Assembly: GCA_964385285.1 (NCBI GenBank)
Contig: CAYLOJ010000007.1
Span: 1-61,462 of the forward strand
Direction of reading: 5' to 3'
Source of the DNA: an uncultured Gammaproteobacteria bacterium
GTDB lineage: Bacteria > Patescibacteriota > Patescibacteriia > UBA9570
Length of the DNA stretch: 61,462 bases
Shown: positions 34,940-41,406 of the stretch, piece by piece
How the letters are laid out: every line of letters begins with the position of its first letter
Numbering within the stretch: position 1 is the stretch's first letter
Position numbers and translations under genes: made by a program
The notes under the pieces: generated by a model
The model's input: only the letters and a program-made list of their open reading frames with translations
Databases searched by the model: none
What the model was told of the DNA's origin: nothing

Positions 34940-36250
34940 CTATGACTGCATTGGATACTTAGCCATGAACGCTTCTAACTCGGCAGATAATTTAGCTTGT
35001 TCGGCCTGTAAACGTGTGTGTTCAGCCTGAGCTTGATCTAGCTCGTCGCCATATTGGTTTAAGTGGGGATCAATTGCTTTTTGAAAATCTGCATGTCTAG
35101 CCGCTTGATCGTGTGCCTGGTACTGGCCACGTGGCAAGTTATGTTGCCAAATGTTTTTCTCTACCCGCGATACTTGAAACCAACCAATGGCAGCACCTGC
35201 CGCTGCCCCTAACGCAGCCATTGGAATGTTTGGTTCACCAGTCTGCCCCACGTTGTACATGACACCCGCCATGCCCATAATGCCAGCAGTACCTAAAGTG
35301 ATATGCGCTACCTTTAACATTTCCCAAATTTGATGAGCAGTTACCCGTAATTGAATAGAGGCATCTCTTGCATCATAGGCATGTTGGCGAGCTGCTAAAT
35401 ACTGCTCAGCATCTTCTGCATCTACCGCTAATTCAAAATATTGTGCCAGCAATTCATTCAAGCGTTGGCCAGCCGTACGTATCTGTTCAATTAAGTTGGT
35501 CACTGCTGGTTCGGGTTCGTTGACTGCAGGTTGGCGCGGATCTTTGAATTTCACGTTACCATCACTCCCCAACCGATCAATTTCTAACTCTATCTCATGA
35601 ATTTCTTCTCGCAAAGATCGTAACTCTTCAGTCAGAGTAGTAATTTGTAGATTGCGATTTTCTGGAGTACCAGCGCGTTGTTCCGCCCGGCGTTGTTTGG
35701 CAGCTCGATAGCGTTCTAATTCTGGGTACTGAGCAAACCAACGCTCAGAATAATCGTGAGATTCCTCCATACGCGACAAACCAAATTCCACCGCTGAACC
35801 AGCCATGGCCCCACCAGCTGTGGCCAACGCTGTCATGGCAGGATCCTTAGTGAGCATATACGCTCCAGCACCAACACCAGTGCCTATAATTGAACTAGAA
35901 GTAACGTAACGTGTTACTGCCCAAGCCAGTTTAGCTGCTTTAGCTTTTATCTCGGCAAAACGTTGAGAATTTTGATTAAGTTGTTCAAGTGCTTGAATAC
36001 TGCGTTCTGCTCCTTCCTGAGCTTGCAACAATTTATAGTAGTGACTTAAGGCACTATCAAATTTTCGACCTGATTCTGCTAAATAGTCCAAATAGGCCTT
36101 TAAGGTTTCTGGAGTGGCTTCACCTTGGAATTCTAAAAGATTTTTAGCATGCTCTTCAGGTTGATGGTTAGGCAACGCAACCTTTGGTTCCAAATGGACT
36201 ATCGGTTCCGGTGGACGACGAAAGGGTTGACGAGTACGTTCAATACTCAT
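34940..36250 (-). CDS. Hypothetical coiled-coil protein with two glycine-zipper membrane segments
   Basis: ORF track. GTGVGAGAY...GGAMAGSAV and GTAGIMGMAGV...LGAAAGAAIGW. Confidence 0.6.
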   Translation of the reverse strand: MSIERTRQPFRRPPEPIVHLEPKVALPNHQPEEHAKNLLEFQGEATPETLKAYLDYLAESGRKFDSALSHYYKLLQAQEGAERSIQALEQLNQNSQRFAEIKAKAAKLAWAVTRYVTSSSIIGTGVGAGAYMLTKDPAMTALATAGGAMAGSAVEFGLSRMEESHDYSERWFAQYPELERYRAAKQRRAEQRAGTPENRNLQITTLTEELRSLREEIHEIELEIDRLGSDGNVKFKDPRQPAVNEPEPAVTNLIEQIRTAGQRLNELLAQYFELAVDAEDAEQYLAARQHAYDARDASIQLRVTAHQIWEMLKVAHITLGTAGIMGMAGVMYNVGQTGEPNIPMAALGAAAGAAIGWFQVSRVEKNIWQHNLPRGQYQAHDQAARHADFQKAIDPHLNQYGDELDQAQAEHTRLQAEQAKLSAELEAFMAKYPMQS

Positions 36251-36251
36251 A

Positions 36252-36416
36252 TTAGGATTGTGTGGATCTTAGTTGAGCTTGGATATCATCAGAAAAAGAT
36301 TCGATGTCCTGGTTCAGTTGTTGAAAGGCTAATTTCACTTCTGCAGGAGAAGCTTTACCCTGAGCGATTTTCTCGCACAAGTCATCAAAGTTTAATGGAG
36401 TATTATCATTCGCCAT
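36252..36416 (-). CDS. 54-aa hypothetical protein, translationally coupled to the 36250 ORF
   Basis: Hand-translated MANDNTPLNFDDLCEKIAQGKASPAEVKLAFQQLNQDIESFSDDIQAQLRSTQS. Its TAA stop lies 1 nt before the next ATG. Confidence 0.45.
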   Translation of the reverse strand: MANDNTPLNFDDLCEKIAQGKASPAEVKLAFQQLNQDIESFSDDIQAQLRSTQS

Positions 36417-36431
36417 AAATAGATATAGACA

Positions 36432-36459
36432 ATTTTAGCAGATTTTAGGAAAAAATCAA
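36432..36459 (-). promoter_or_regulatory. Candidate promoter for the 36416 operon
   Basis: TTGATT, 16 nt, TAAAAT, immediately downstream of hammerhead 2. Confidence 0.4.
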
Positions 36460-36470
36460 GCGCAAATGAT

Positions 36471-36535
36471 TCCCTTTCGTCCTTGATCTTGCGATCTAGA
36501 CTCGTCAGTTTAGGCATTACCTAAAGAGGGTGATT
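36471..36535 (-). ncRNA. Type III hammerhead ribozyme, copy 2
   Basis: Same core as copy 1. The single stem II difference (GAUUAAGGAC to GAUCAAGGAC) converts a G-U pair to G-C. Predicted cleavage between 36526 and 36525. Confidence 0.8.
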
Positions 36536-36610
36536 GAGTGAAACCTTGGGTTGAAGCTGACGTTGGAACGTCACCAGCAACACACTTAGGTTCCACTCGC
36601 CCCTCATACA
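36536..36610 (-). other. Conserved structured domain between the cassette-J stop and hammerhead 2
   Basis: GUGGAACC/GGUUUCAC replaces GUGGGACC/GGCCCCAC of copy 1 (compensatory). GCUG/CAGC replaces GCGG/CCUGC. Confidence 0.5.
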
Positions 36611-37108
36611 CTAGTACCGCATGCACACCTGCGCCGTCAGCTCTTCACAGTTCGCAACGTGTGAATCTGGAGTACTCGCGAGACACTGTTCGTACAGGTA
36701 TCGAGTAGCGACGGGGGTGCACAGAGTGGTTGGATCGAACTGTTCGTAGTCCGACCACGGAGCCATGATCGGCCACTCATCCCACTTCGTTGGCATTCGA
36801 CCCAACTGCAGCGCGCGCCAGTTGCAGTTCGACTCGAGTGCGAGAAGTTTGATACTGGCACCCTGGGTATTCATCAGAATGACCTGCATCTGCTCCTCGT
36901 CACACAAAGGCGGCGGGTGCAATGTAGCGTCCATTTCCGTGAGCATGTACCGGAAGAGATCGGACATCGCCCGCTCTCTATCAAGTGACAACTCGAGCTT
37001 GTGAATCTTCTTGGCCTGCTCGATGAGCGCGTCCTGCTTTCGATGAGCGCACCCGCTGCTCAGGAGGATGATGAGGAGGACGACGATGGTCTTCAGCTGT
37101 GTGTACAT
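36611..37108 (-). CDS. GC-rich lipoprotein, 165 aa (cassette J)
   Basis: Lipobox LLSSGC. Seven further Cys. SD GGGAGAG. Confidence 0.65.
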   Translation of the reverse strand: MYTQLKTIVVLLIILLSSGCAHRKQDALIEQAKKIHKLELSLDRERAMSDLFRYMLTEMDATLHPPPLCDEEQMQVILMNTQGASIKLLALESNCNWRALQLGRMPTKWDEWPIMAPWSDYEQFDPTTLCTPVATRYLYEQCLASTPDSHVANCEELTAQVCMRY

Positions 37109-37136
37109 TTGTCTCTCCCAGGTGGTGAGATTAGGG

Positions 37137-37186
37137 TTCCACCTGCTTACAACTGACTTCGTAAAATCAGCTCAAAGCAGATGGAA
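37137..37186 (-). promoter_or_regulatory. Conserved leader hairpin followed by CUCACCACCUGG, upstream of cassette J
   Basis: Homolog of 34514-34564. The downstream UCUCACC...GGGAGAGA could sequester the SD. Confidence 0.45.
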
Positions 37187-37212
37187 CAGATAGTGTATGA
37201 AGGTTGTAAAGA

Positions 37213-37401
37213 ACAAAACAGCAGGTGTTTCACCTGCTTTCACATTACGATTGATTGTACTCATCTAGACCTCTTTACAGGCAACGCGATTAACTCGCGC
37301 GGTACTACGCCACCATAGGGGGTGTAGTCGAACCCACTTGAACCTGTGTTCAAGTTGTTTCTAGAAAGTGCATGTTTTTACAGATGTGTATTCTGTAAAA
37401 A
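37213..37401 (-). ncRNA. Y-family structured leader/sRNA, copy Y3
   Basis: Promoter TTGACA (37431-37436), 17 nt, TACCAT (37408-37413). Terminator GCAGGUG-AAA-CACCUGC plus U-run at about 37214-37237. Confidence 0.55.
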
Positions 37402-37460
37402 CGCGCCATGGTACACCAAAATACATGTTTTGTCAAGACCTAATAGACACTGCTTTGTAT

Positions 37461-37525
37461 GTAGACTCTGTCTTCAGAATTTGAACCCTATGGTACAGAC
37501 GTTGAGGAAATGGCGGCAGGTATTA
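37461..37525 (-). repeat. R repeat copy R4 (most diverged)
   Basis: ...ACGUCUGUACCAUAGGGUUCAAAUUCUGAAGACAGAGUCUAC, upstream of the Y3 promoter. Confidence 0.6.
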
Positions 37526-37573
37526 GTATTCACTAGCTCTATTCACCTCTATTGAGATGAACACAGTATGCGT

Positions 37574-37602
37574 GAGAAGGGGGTAGCTCTTCTCGTCCTC
37601 CA
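37574..37602 (-). other. Cassette-L 3' module: UGGAGGA plus hairpin
   Basis: GGAGGA at 37596-37602. GAGAAG/CUUCUC stem at 37574-37594. Preceded by the CGCACAU/AUGUGCG hairpin. Confidence 0.45.
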
Positions 37603-37660
37603 ATGTGATTTGCGCACATCTACCCCTGGATCATGGAATGATCAATGTGCGACTAGATCT

Positions 37661-38203
37661 CTACTTCCGCCGGCGGAATCCAAACAGCGGGAAGAGCAGC
37701 GTTGCTGCGAAAGTAATACCTTGATTACATCCTCCGCACTCGACAGAATCCTTGTCGTCTCCCGTATCGCTCTCCCCAGAATCGATCTCGACCGACTGGG
37801 TGTAGAGGTTCACGCTGGTGCCGTCGACGAAAACCGCGAGGGTCGAATCCCGGTTTCCCTCCAACCAGGCCTCGTAGAGGCTCTCGGGGATGTACGCCGT
37901 GAACTCGTCACCGGTCAGGTCATAGTCGAAGTCCTCCCGCCCGTTGGGGAAGAGATCCGACTCACTGGCCCACGTGGACAGCCATTCGTAGTTGCAGACC
38001 TCATCGCCGTCGTCGAGCAGGAAGTTGTACACGACCTGGATTGAGTCGTAGCCGCTTGGGCTCTCGACGCCCGGGGTGAACGAGTTGGCATCGACCACGA
38101 TGGCGGTCGCCGACTCGCAGAATGCGTCGTTTGAGCCGTCGGCTCCCATGGTGTAGTCAGCGTCATCGGCGAGTGCTGCCGACAGGAACAATGAAAACAA
38201 CAT
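37661..38203 (-). CDS. GC-rich secreted acidic protein with a MYXO-CTERM/GlyGly-CTERM-like sorting tail (cassette L)
   Basis: Start moved to the ATG at 38203 (MLFSLFLSAALA signal peptide, SD UAGGAGAG). C-terminus ECGGCNQG-ITFAATLLFPLFGF-RRRK. Confidence 0.6.
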   Translation of the reverse strand: MLFSLFLSAALADDADYTMGADGSNDAFCESATAIVVDANSFTPGVESPSGYDSIQVVYNFLLDDGDEVCNYEWLSTWASESDLFPNGREDFDYDLTGDEFTAYIPESLYEAWLEGNRDSTLAVFVDGTSVNLYTQSVEIDSGESDTGDDKDSVECGGCNQGITFAATLLFPLFGFRRRK

Positions 38204-38316
38204 CACTACTCTCCTACTACTTCTGCTGGAACATTCCAGCAGCCAAGCAACTTTTCGAGTTACGAGGACTAAATAGACTATCGCGTAATCTATTCCATCC
38301 CAGTAATTCGACAAAC

Positions 38317-38460
38317 AAAAAAGACCCTTACTGGGTCATTTCCTAAAAACCTCTTCATCAGAGGGAACAACGACCGGATGGTCTTTTGTTTTGAGTGTTG
38401 TTAACGGAGTGCAGCCTAGCTCCGTCTCGTTACGTAACGAGATTAAATTTTCAATGAGGC
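38317..38460 (-). ncRNA. W-family structured leader/sRNA, copy W2
   Basis: Hairpins UCUCGUUAC/GUAACGAGA, CGGAG/CUCCG, AACAAC...GACC-AUCC-GGUC...GUUGUU and CCUCU-GAUGA-AGAGG. Terminator GACCC-AGUAA-GGGUC plus U6. Confidence 0.5.
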
Positions 38461-38464
38461 CAAC

Positions 38465-38493
38465 AGGTTAAGGCAAAATGTGATTTTTGTCAA
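38465..38493 (-). promoter_or_regulatory. Sigma70-type promoter of W2
   Basis: TTGACA (38488-38493), 17 nt, TAACCT (38465-38470). Confidence 0.45.
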
Positions 38494-38513
38494 TAGGTAA
38501 CGTAAACTAGTTT

Positions 38514-38578
38514 GTAGACTACTGTATTCAGAATTTGAACCCTATTGTGCAGGCATTAAGGCAGTGGCAGCAAGTTTT
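38514..38578 (-). repeat. R repeat copy R5
   Basis: It occupies exactly the position that the tRNA-Glu 3' fragment occupies in the W1 unit. Confidence 0.7.
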
Positions 38579-38602
38579 ACAGTTCGTAAACTGAATATAA
38601 AA

Positions 38603-38630
38603 ACAAAAAACACCAGCGAATGACTGATGT
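38603..38630 (-). terminator. Rho-independent terminator of cassette K
   Basis: CAUCAG-UCAUUCG-CUGGUG plus U6. Confidence 0.6.
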
Positions 38631-38673
38631 TTTTTGGGGTGGGTATCTTCTTTCTGCTCGATATGAATCGGCA

Positions 38674-38716
38674 GTGGTGAGATACCAGCGACCCTTACGG
38701 ATCTAACCTATCCTCC
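38674..38716 (-). other. Cassette-K 3' module: CGGAGGAUA, GUAA-tetraloop hairpin, CACCAC
   Basis: GGAGGA at 38711-38716. GAUCC-GUAA-GGGUC at 38690-38703. CACCAC at 38674-38679. Confidence 0.45.
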
Positions 38717-38732
38717 GAATCCTAACATGAAG

Positions 38733-39266
38733 CTATGGGCAGGTATGTCCATCATCGACGTTACCGTCGCAGTCATCATCGATGCCGTCGCAGTTCTCGT
38801 CGGGGGCACCAGGGTGAATTGCTGCGTTGGTGTCATCGCAGTCACTGGAACCAAGCGCGTAGCCCTCGGGGGGCTCGGCCGCACAAAAGTAGTCCCCTGT
38901 CCCTGCTCCGTAACCATCTTCATCCAGGTCCGGATAATAGATGGTCTGGCCGGTCAGCGTTCCCGGCCCCTCGTCTTCGTCGATGGCCCCGTCACAATCG
39001 TTGTCGATGCCATCGCAGGCCTCGGAATCTTCGGGACTCCTTCCACCATAGACGTCATCACGATCATCATCGCAGTCATCGTCATTGGTGACGTATCCTG
39101 CCGGGACGGGGTCACCACCACAGGCCTCCCAGATTTCCCGGGGATCACCACGACCATCGCCATCGAGATCGGCATACCAGGTTTTTGTAGGGTCGCCGCA
39201 ACCCGTATCGTTTTTTACAACGTTGACTGTGCATGCAAGAAGACCGAGGAGTAGAACGAGCAACAT
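38733..39266 (-). CDS. GC-rich lipoprotein with MopE-type putative metal-binding Cys/Asp repeats (cassette K)
   Basis: Lipobox LGLLAC. Two repeats of the form DCDD...PGAPE.CDGIDNDCDG preceded by DLDGDG(Y/R)G. Confidence 0.75.
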   Translation of the reverse strand: MLLVLLLGLLACTVNVVKNDTGCGDPTKTWYADLDGDGRGDPREIWEACGGDPVPAGYVTNDDDCDDDRDDVYGGRSPEDSEACDGIDNDCDGAIDEDEGPGTLTGQTIYYPDLDEDGYGAGTGDYFCAAEPPEGYALGSSDCDDTNAAIHPGAPDENCDGIDDDCDGNVDDGHTCP

Positions 39267-39437
39267 GTACTTCTCACAAAGACGTCCTAAACCGTCCCCT
39301 ATTTTTCAAGCGTTGTGGACTAGCTGTTCAGGCAGCTATTTTTAGCACTACTGGTTGCTACTAAAACTAAAGTCCTGACTGTATCCCTAAACATACAGAG
39401 ATAAAGTTAGAACGTTACTTTAAGAAACTAGGCAATA

Positions 39438-39581
39438 AAAAAAGACCCTTACTGGGTCATTTCCTAAAAACCTCTTCATCAGAGGGAACAACGACCGGAT
39501 GGTCTTTTGTTTTGAGTGTTGTTAACGGAGTGCAGCCTAGCTCCGTCTCGTTACGTAACGAGATTAAATTTTCAATGAGGC
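39438..39581 (-). ncRNA. W-family structured leader/sRNA, copy W1
   Basis: Part of a ~203-bp direct repeat (39438-39640 versus 38317-38519) with only 3 mismatches, all in the promoter spacer. Confidence 0.5.
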
Positions 39582-39585
39582 CAAC

Positions 39586-39614
39586 AGGTTAATCCAAAAT
39601 GTGGTTTTTGTCAA
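39586..39614 (-). promoter_or_regulatory. Sigma70-type promoter of W1
   Basis: TTGACA (39609-39614), 17 nt, TAACCT. Confidence 0.45.
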
Positions 39615-39634
39615 TAGGTAACGTAAACTAGTTT

Positions 39635-39654
39635 GTAGCCCCACAGGGAATCGA
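39635..39654 (-). repeat. 20-nt duplicate of the tRNA-Glu 3' end (att-like direct repeat)
   Basis: gtagccccacagggaatcga is identical to 39793-39812. It cannot fold as a tRNA on its own. Confidence 0.8.
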
Positions 39655-39750
39655 CCACTCCGCCCAATTCAGAAATTGGGCTCCGGGCCGGGGCTTGTGC
39701 TCGTCTGTCACTGACAGCCGTGCTCGCCCGTTCGATTCCTCCACGAACCA
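39655..39750 (-). other. Orphan GC-rich fragment without an ORF, carrying a GGAGGAA + hairpin module
   Basis: Minus strand GUGGAGGAAUCGAACGGGCGAGCACGGCUGUCA-G-UGACAGACGAGCAC... It lies between the two copies of the tRNA 3' end. Confidence 0.4.
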
Positions 39751-39751
39751 C

Positions 39752-39792
39752 AAAAAAATAAAAACCCCACGGATGTGGGATTTTTATTTTTC
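39752..39792. terminator. Bidirectional terminator after tRNA-Glu
   Basis: CCCAC-GGAU-GUGGG hairpin (39766-39779) flanked by A- and T-runs. Confidence 0.7.
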
Positions 39793-39793
39793 G

Positions 39794-39865
39794 TAGCCCC
39801 ACAGGGAATCGAACCCTGGTTTGAGCGCTGAGAACGCTCCGTCCTAACCGTTAGACGATGAGGCC
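39794..39865 (-). tRNA. tRNA-Glu(CUC)
   Basis: 72-nt cloverleaf folded by hand: GGCCUCA/UGGGGCU acceptor, GUCU/GGAC D stem, GAGCG-UUCUCAG-CGCUC anticodon arm, 4-nt variable loop, CAGGG-UUCGAUU-CCCUG T arm. CCA is not encoded. Confidence 0.85.
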
Positions 39866-39964
39866 AAAAAATGCTTCGCTATTGTATCCGACTTTACAAT
39901 ACAATTCAAGATCAACTGTTCCATCGCAATGACAAATGGCAAAAAATGTGAGATAATTCTGCAT

Positions 39965-41332
39965 ATGAATATACATGAACGCCCAGCTACACGTCATCAT
40001 AACGATAGCGAAGAAGTCAAAGTGCTTAATCAGGTGGAAGGCCAACCCTCTGATGATACCGGAGAAGTTGCCCCTGATCTGAACGATACAGAAACAGCTC
40101 CGGACCATGCCGAAACACTGGCTCAAATCGAACAAATCCAATCCTTGCTGGAACGACAAAAACAACAAGTCAGTAAAGAACGTGGCGCGTTTGGTCGTCT
40201 AGTTTCGCTATTTAAAGAGAAGATCATGCGGACGGATTCTGAAGAAAAGAAACTGTCTAGCAAGATCTCTGCCTTAGAGCAATGGCGTAATAAGTTACTC
40301 GCCGATCCATCCGACACTGGTTCTGCTCGTGAATTCCTCAAACTCAATCATAGTAATGAACTGCTTGCTACAAGTGATCATGATCGCCGGTCAGATCGTC
40401 TGGCTACTACTCTATTAGAACGAGCAGCTACCGCTGGCAATGTGCTCGATGAAGGTGAGGCAAACCGTGCTGCCGAACTCATAGCCAAAGAAGAAGATGA
40501 AATTGCTGCCCGTTTTTTTGATGAAGGTGATGAGCTGAATAAACAGGCTGAATTGGAACAGACTCTACAAGAACGTACAACGAGTGCCTATAAAGAAAAA
40601 TTAGCCTCTATCCAACCATCCGTTGAGGCCAAGATTGCCGCACTACAACAAGCTGCTGAAGATGACCGTGAGATTAATTCTGAATTAGCTGAATTGTCAC
40701 GCTCTAAAGATGGTAGGCTGATCCATAGAGATCGTGTGGTTGAGACATGGTTTAACCTAGGCACCGCGATGAATTTAGACAGTGAAATTGAACAAGCCAA
40801 AAAACCACTGACCAAGTTATACCAAGAACAACTGCACAAAGGTGCTAAATCTATGCGTGCTCAAATGAAAGCCTTTGAAGGCTTATTAAGCGGACGCTTT
40901 AGTATCAGCAAGTTTTCTGGAATTATCGAACAGGTGCGACGCGAATTAGGACCAGGTTTAGTCATCGATAAATCGATGCGTGATAGTGCCGATGCTGATC
41001 TGGCTGGTATGCGCATTAAAGATCGCTTAGAACGCATGCAAAAAACCTTACCGACAGAGATTAAAAGTTTGCTACAACATAAAGATACCGTTGAATTATA
41101 CAGCCTAGGTGGTGGAGATATTGGCGCGATCGACGGACAGACGGTCGTAACCATTCCAAGTGAACTACTAGCAAAATGCGCTATTGATGCCGGTGAAGTA
41201 GATCGACTACTCCCCTCTTCATTGGAAGATTTACAAAACTACGCTCGTCAGCCAGACAAGGATGTGCTTGCTGAACTAGCAGCTGCAAATCAGCAGGATC
41301 TATCCGGCTATCAAGATAAAGAAGTGGCATAG
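39965..41332 (+). CDS. Hypothetical coiled-coil protein
   Basis: ORF track 39929..41332. Start tentatively placed at MNIHERP. Confidence 0.55.
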   Translation: MNIHERPATRHHNDSEEVKVLNQVEGQPSDDTGEVAPDLNDTETAPDHAETLAQIEQIQSLLERQKQQVSKERGAFGRLVSLFKEKIMRTDSEEKKLSSKISALEQWRNKLLADPSDTGSAREFLKLNHSNELLATSDHDRRSDRLATTLLERAATAGNVLDEGEANRAAELIAKEEDEIAARFFDEGDELNKQAELEQTLQERTTSAYKEKLASIQPSVEAKIAALQQAAEDDREINSELAELSRSKDGRLIHRDRVVETWFNLGTAMNLDSEIEQAKKPLTKLYQEQLHKGAKSMRAQMKAFEGLLSGRFSISKFSGIIEQVRRELGPGLVIDKSMRDSADADLAGMRIKDRLERMQKTLPTEIKSLLQHKDTVELYSLGGGDIGAIDGQTVVTIPSELLAKCAIDAGEVDRLLPSSLEDLQNYARQPDKDVLAELAAANQQDLSGYQDKEVA

Positions 41333-41351
41333 CTTGAAGACTTATTAACCA

Positions 41352-41384
41352 TAAAAAAATAGCCCCTTCCGGGGCTATTTTTTG
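41352..41384. terminator. Bidirectional rho-independent terminator
   Basis: AUAGCCCC-UUCC-GGGGCUAU hairpin flanked by A7 and T6. Confidence 0.85.
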
Positions 41385-41406
41385 GCTTGAAATATTACTG
41401 AACTCT

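Noticed and set aside
33951-36535. Retrozyme-like circular RNA excised between the two hammerheads
   Set aside because: The 2.5-kb interval contains at least one strong intrinsic terminator (Y2) and internal promoters, so a single continuous transcript is unlikely. It is kept only as a remote possibility.
38350-38364. CUGAUGA within W RNA (also at about 39471-39485) as a third hammerhead core
   Set aside because: The sequence forms a simple CCUCU-GAUGA-AGAGG hairpin. There is no stem II closed by a G-C pair before a GAAA, and no UH cleavage context.
39700-39750. Plus-strand tRNA 3' end (GTTCGATTCC...ACGAACCA) in the orphan GC-rich fragment
   Set aside because: The flanks of the T-loop are not complementary and no upstream arms exist. 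At best it is a fragment.
32230-39866. Classical integron, prophage, IS/transposon or CRISPR array as an explanation for the island
   Set aside because: I could recognise no IntI or other recombinase, no attC core sites, no phage structural or replication genes, no transposase, no terminal inverted repeats, and no regularly spaced short repeats.
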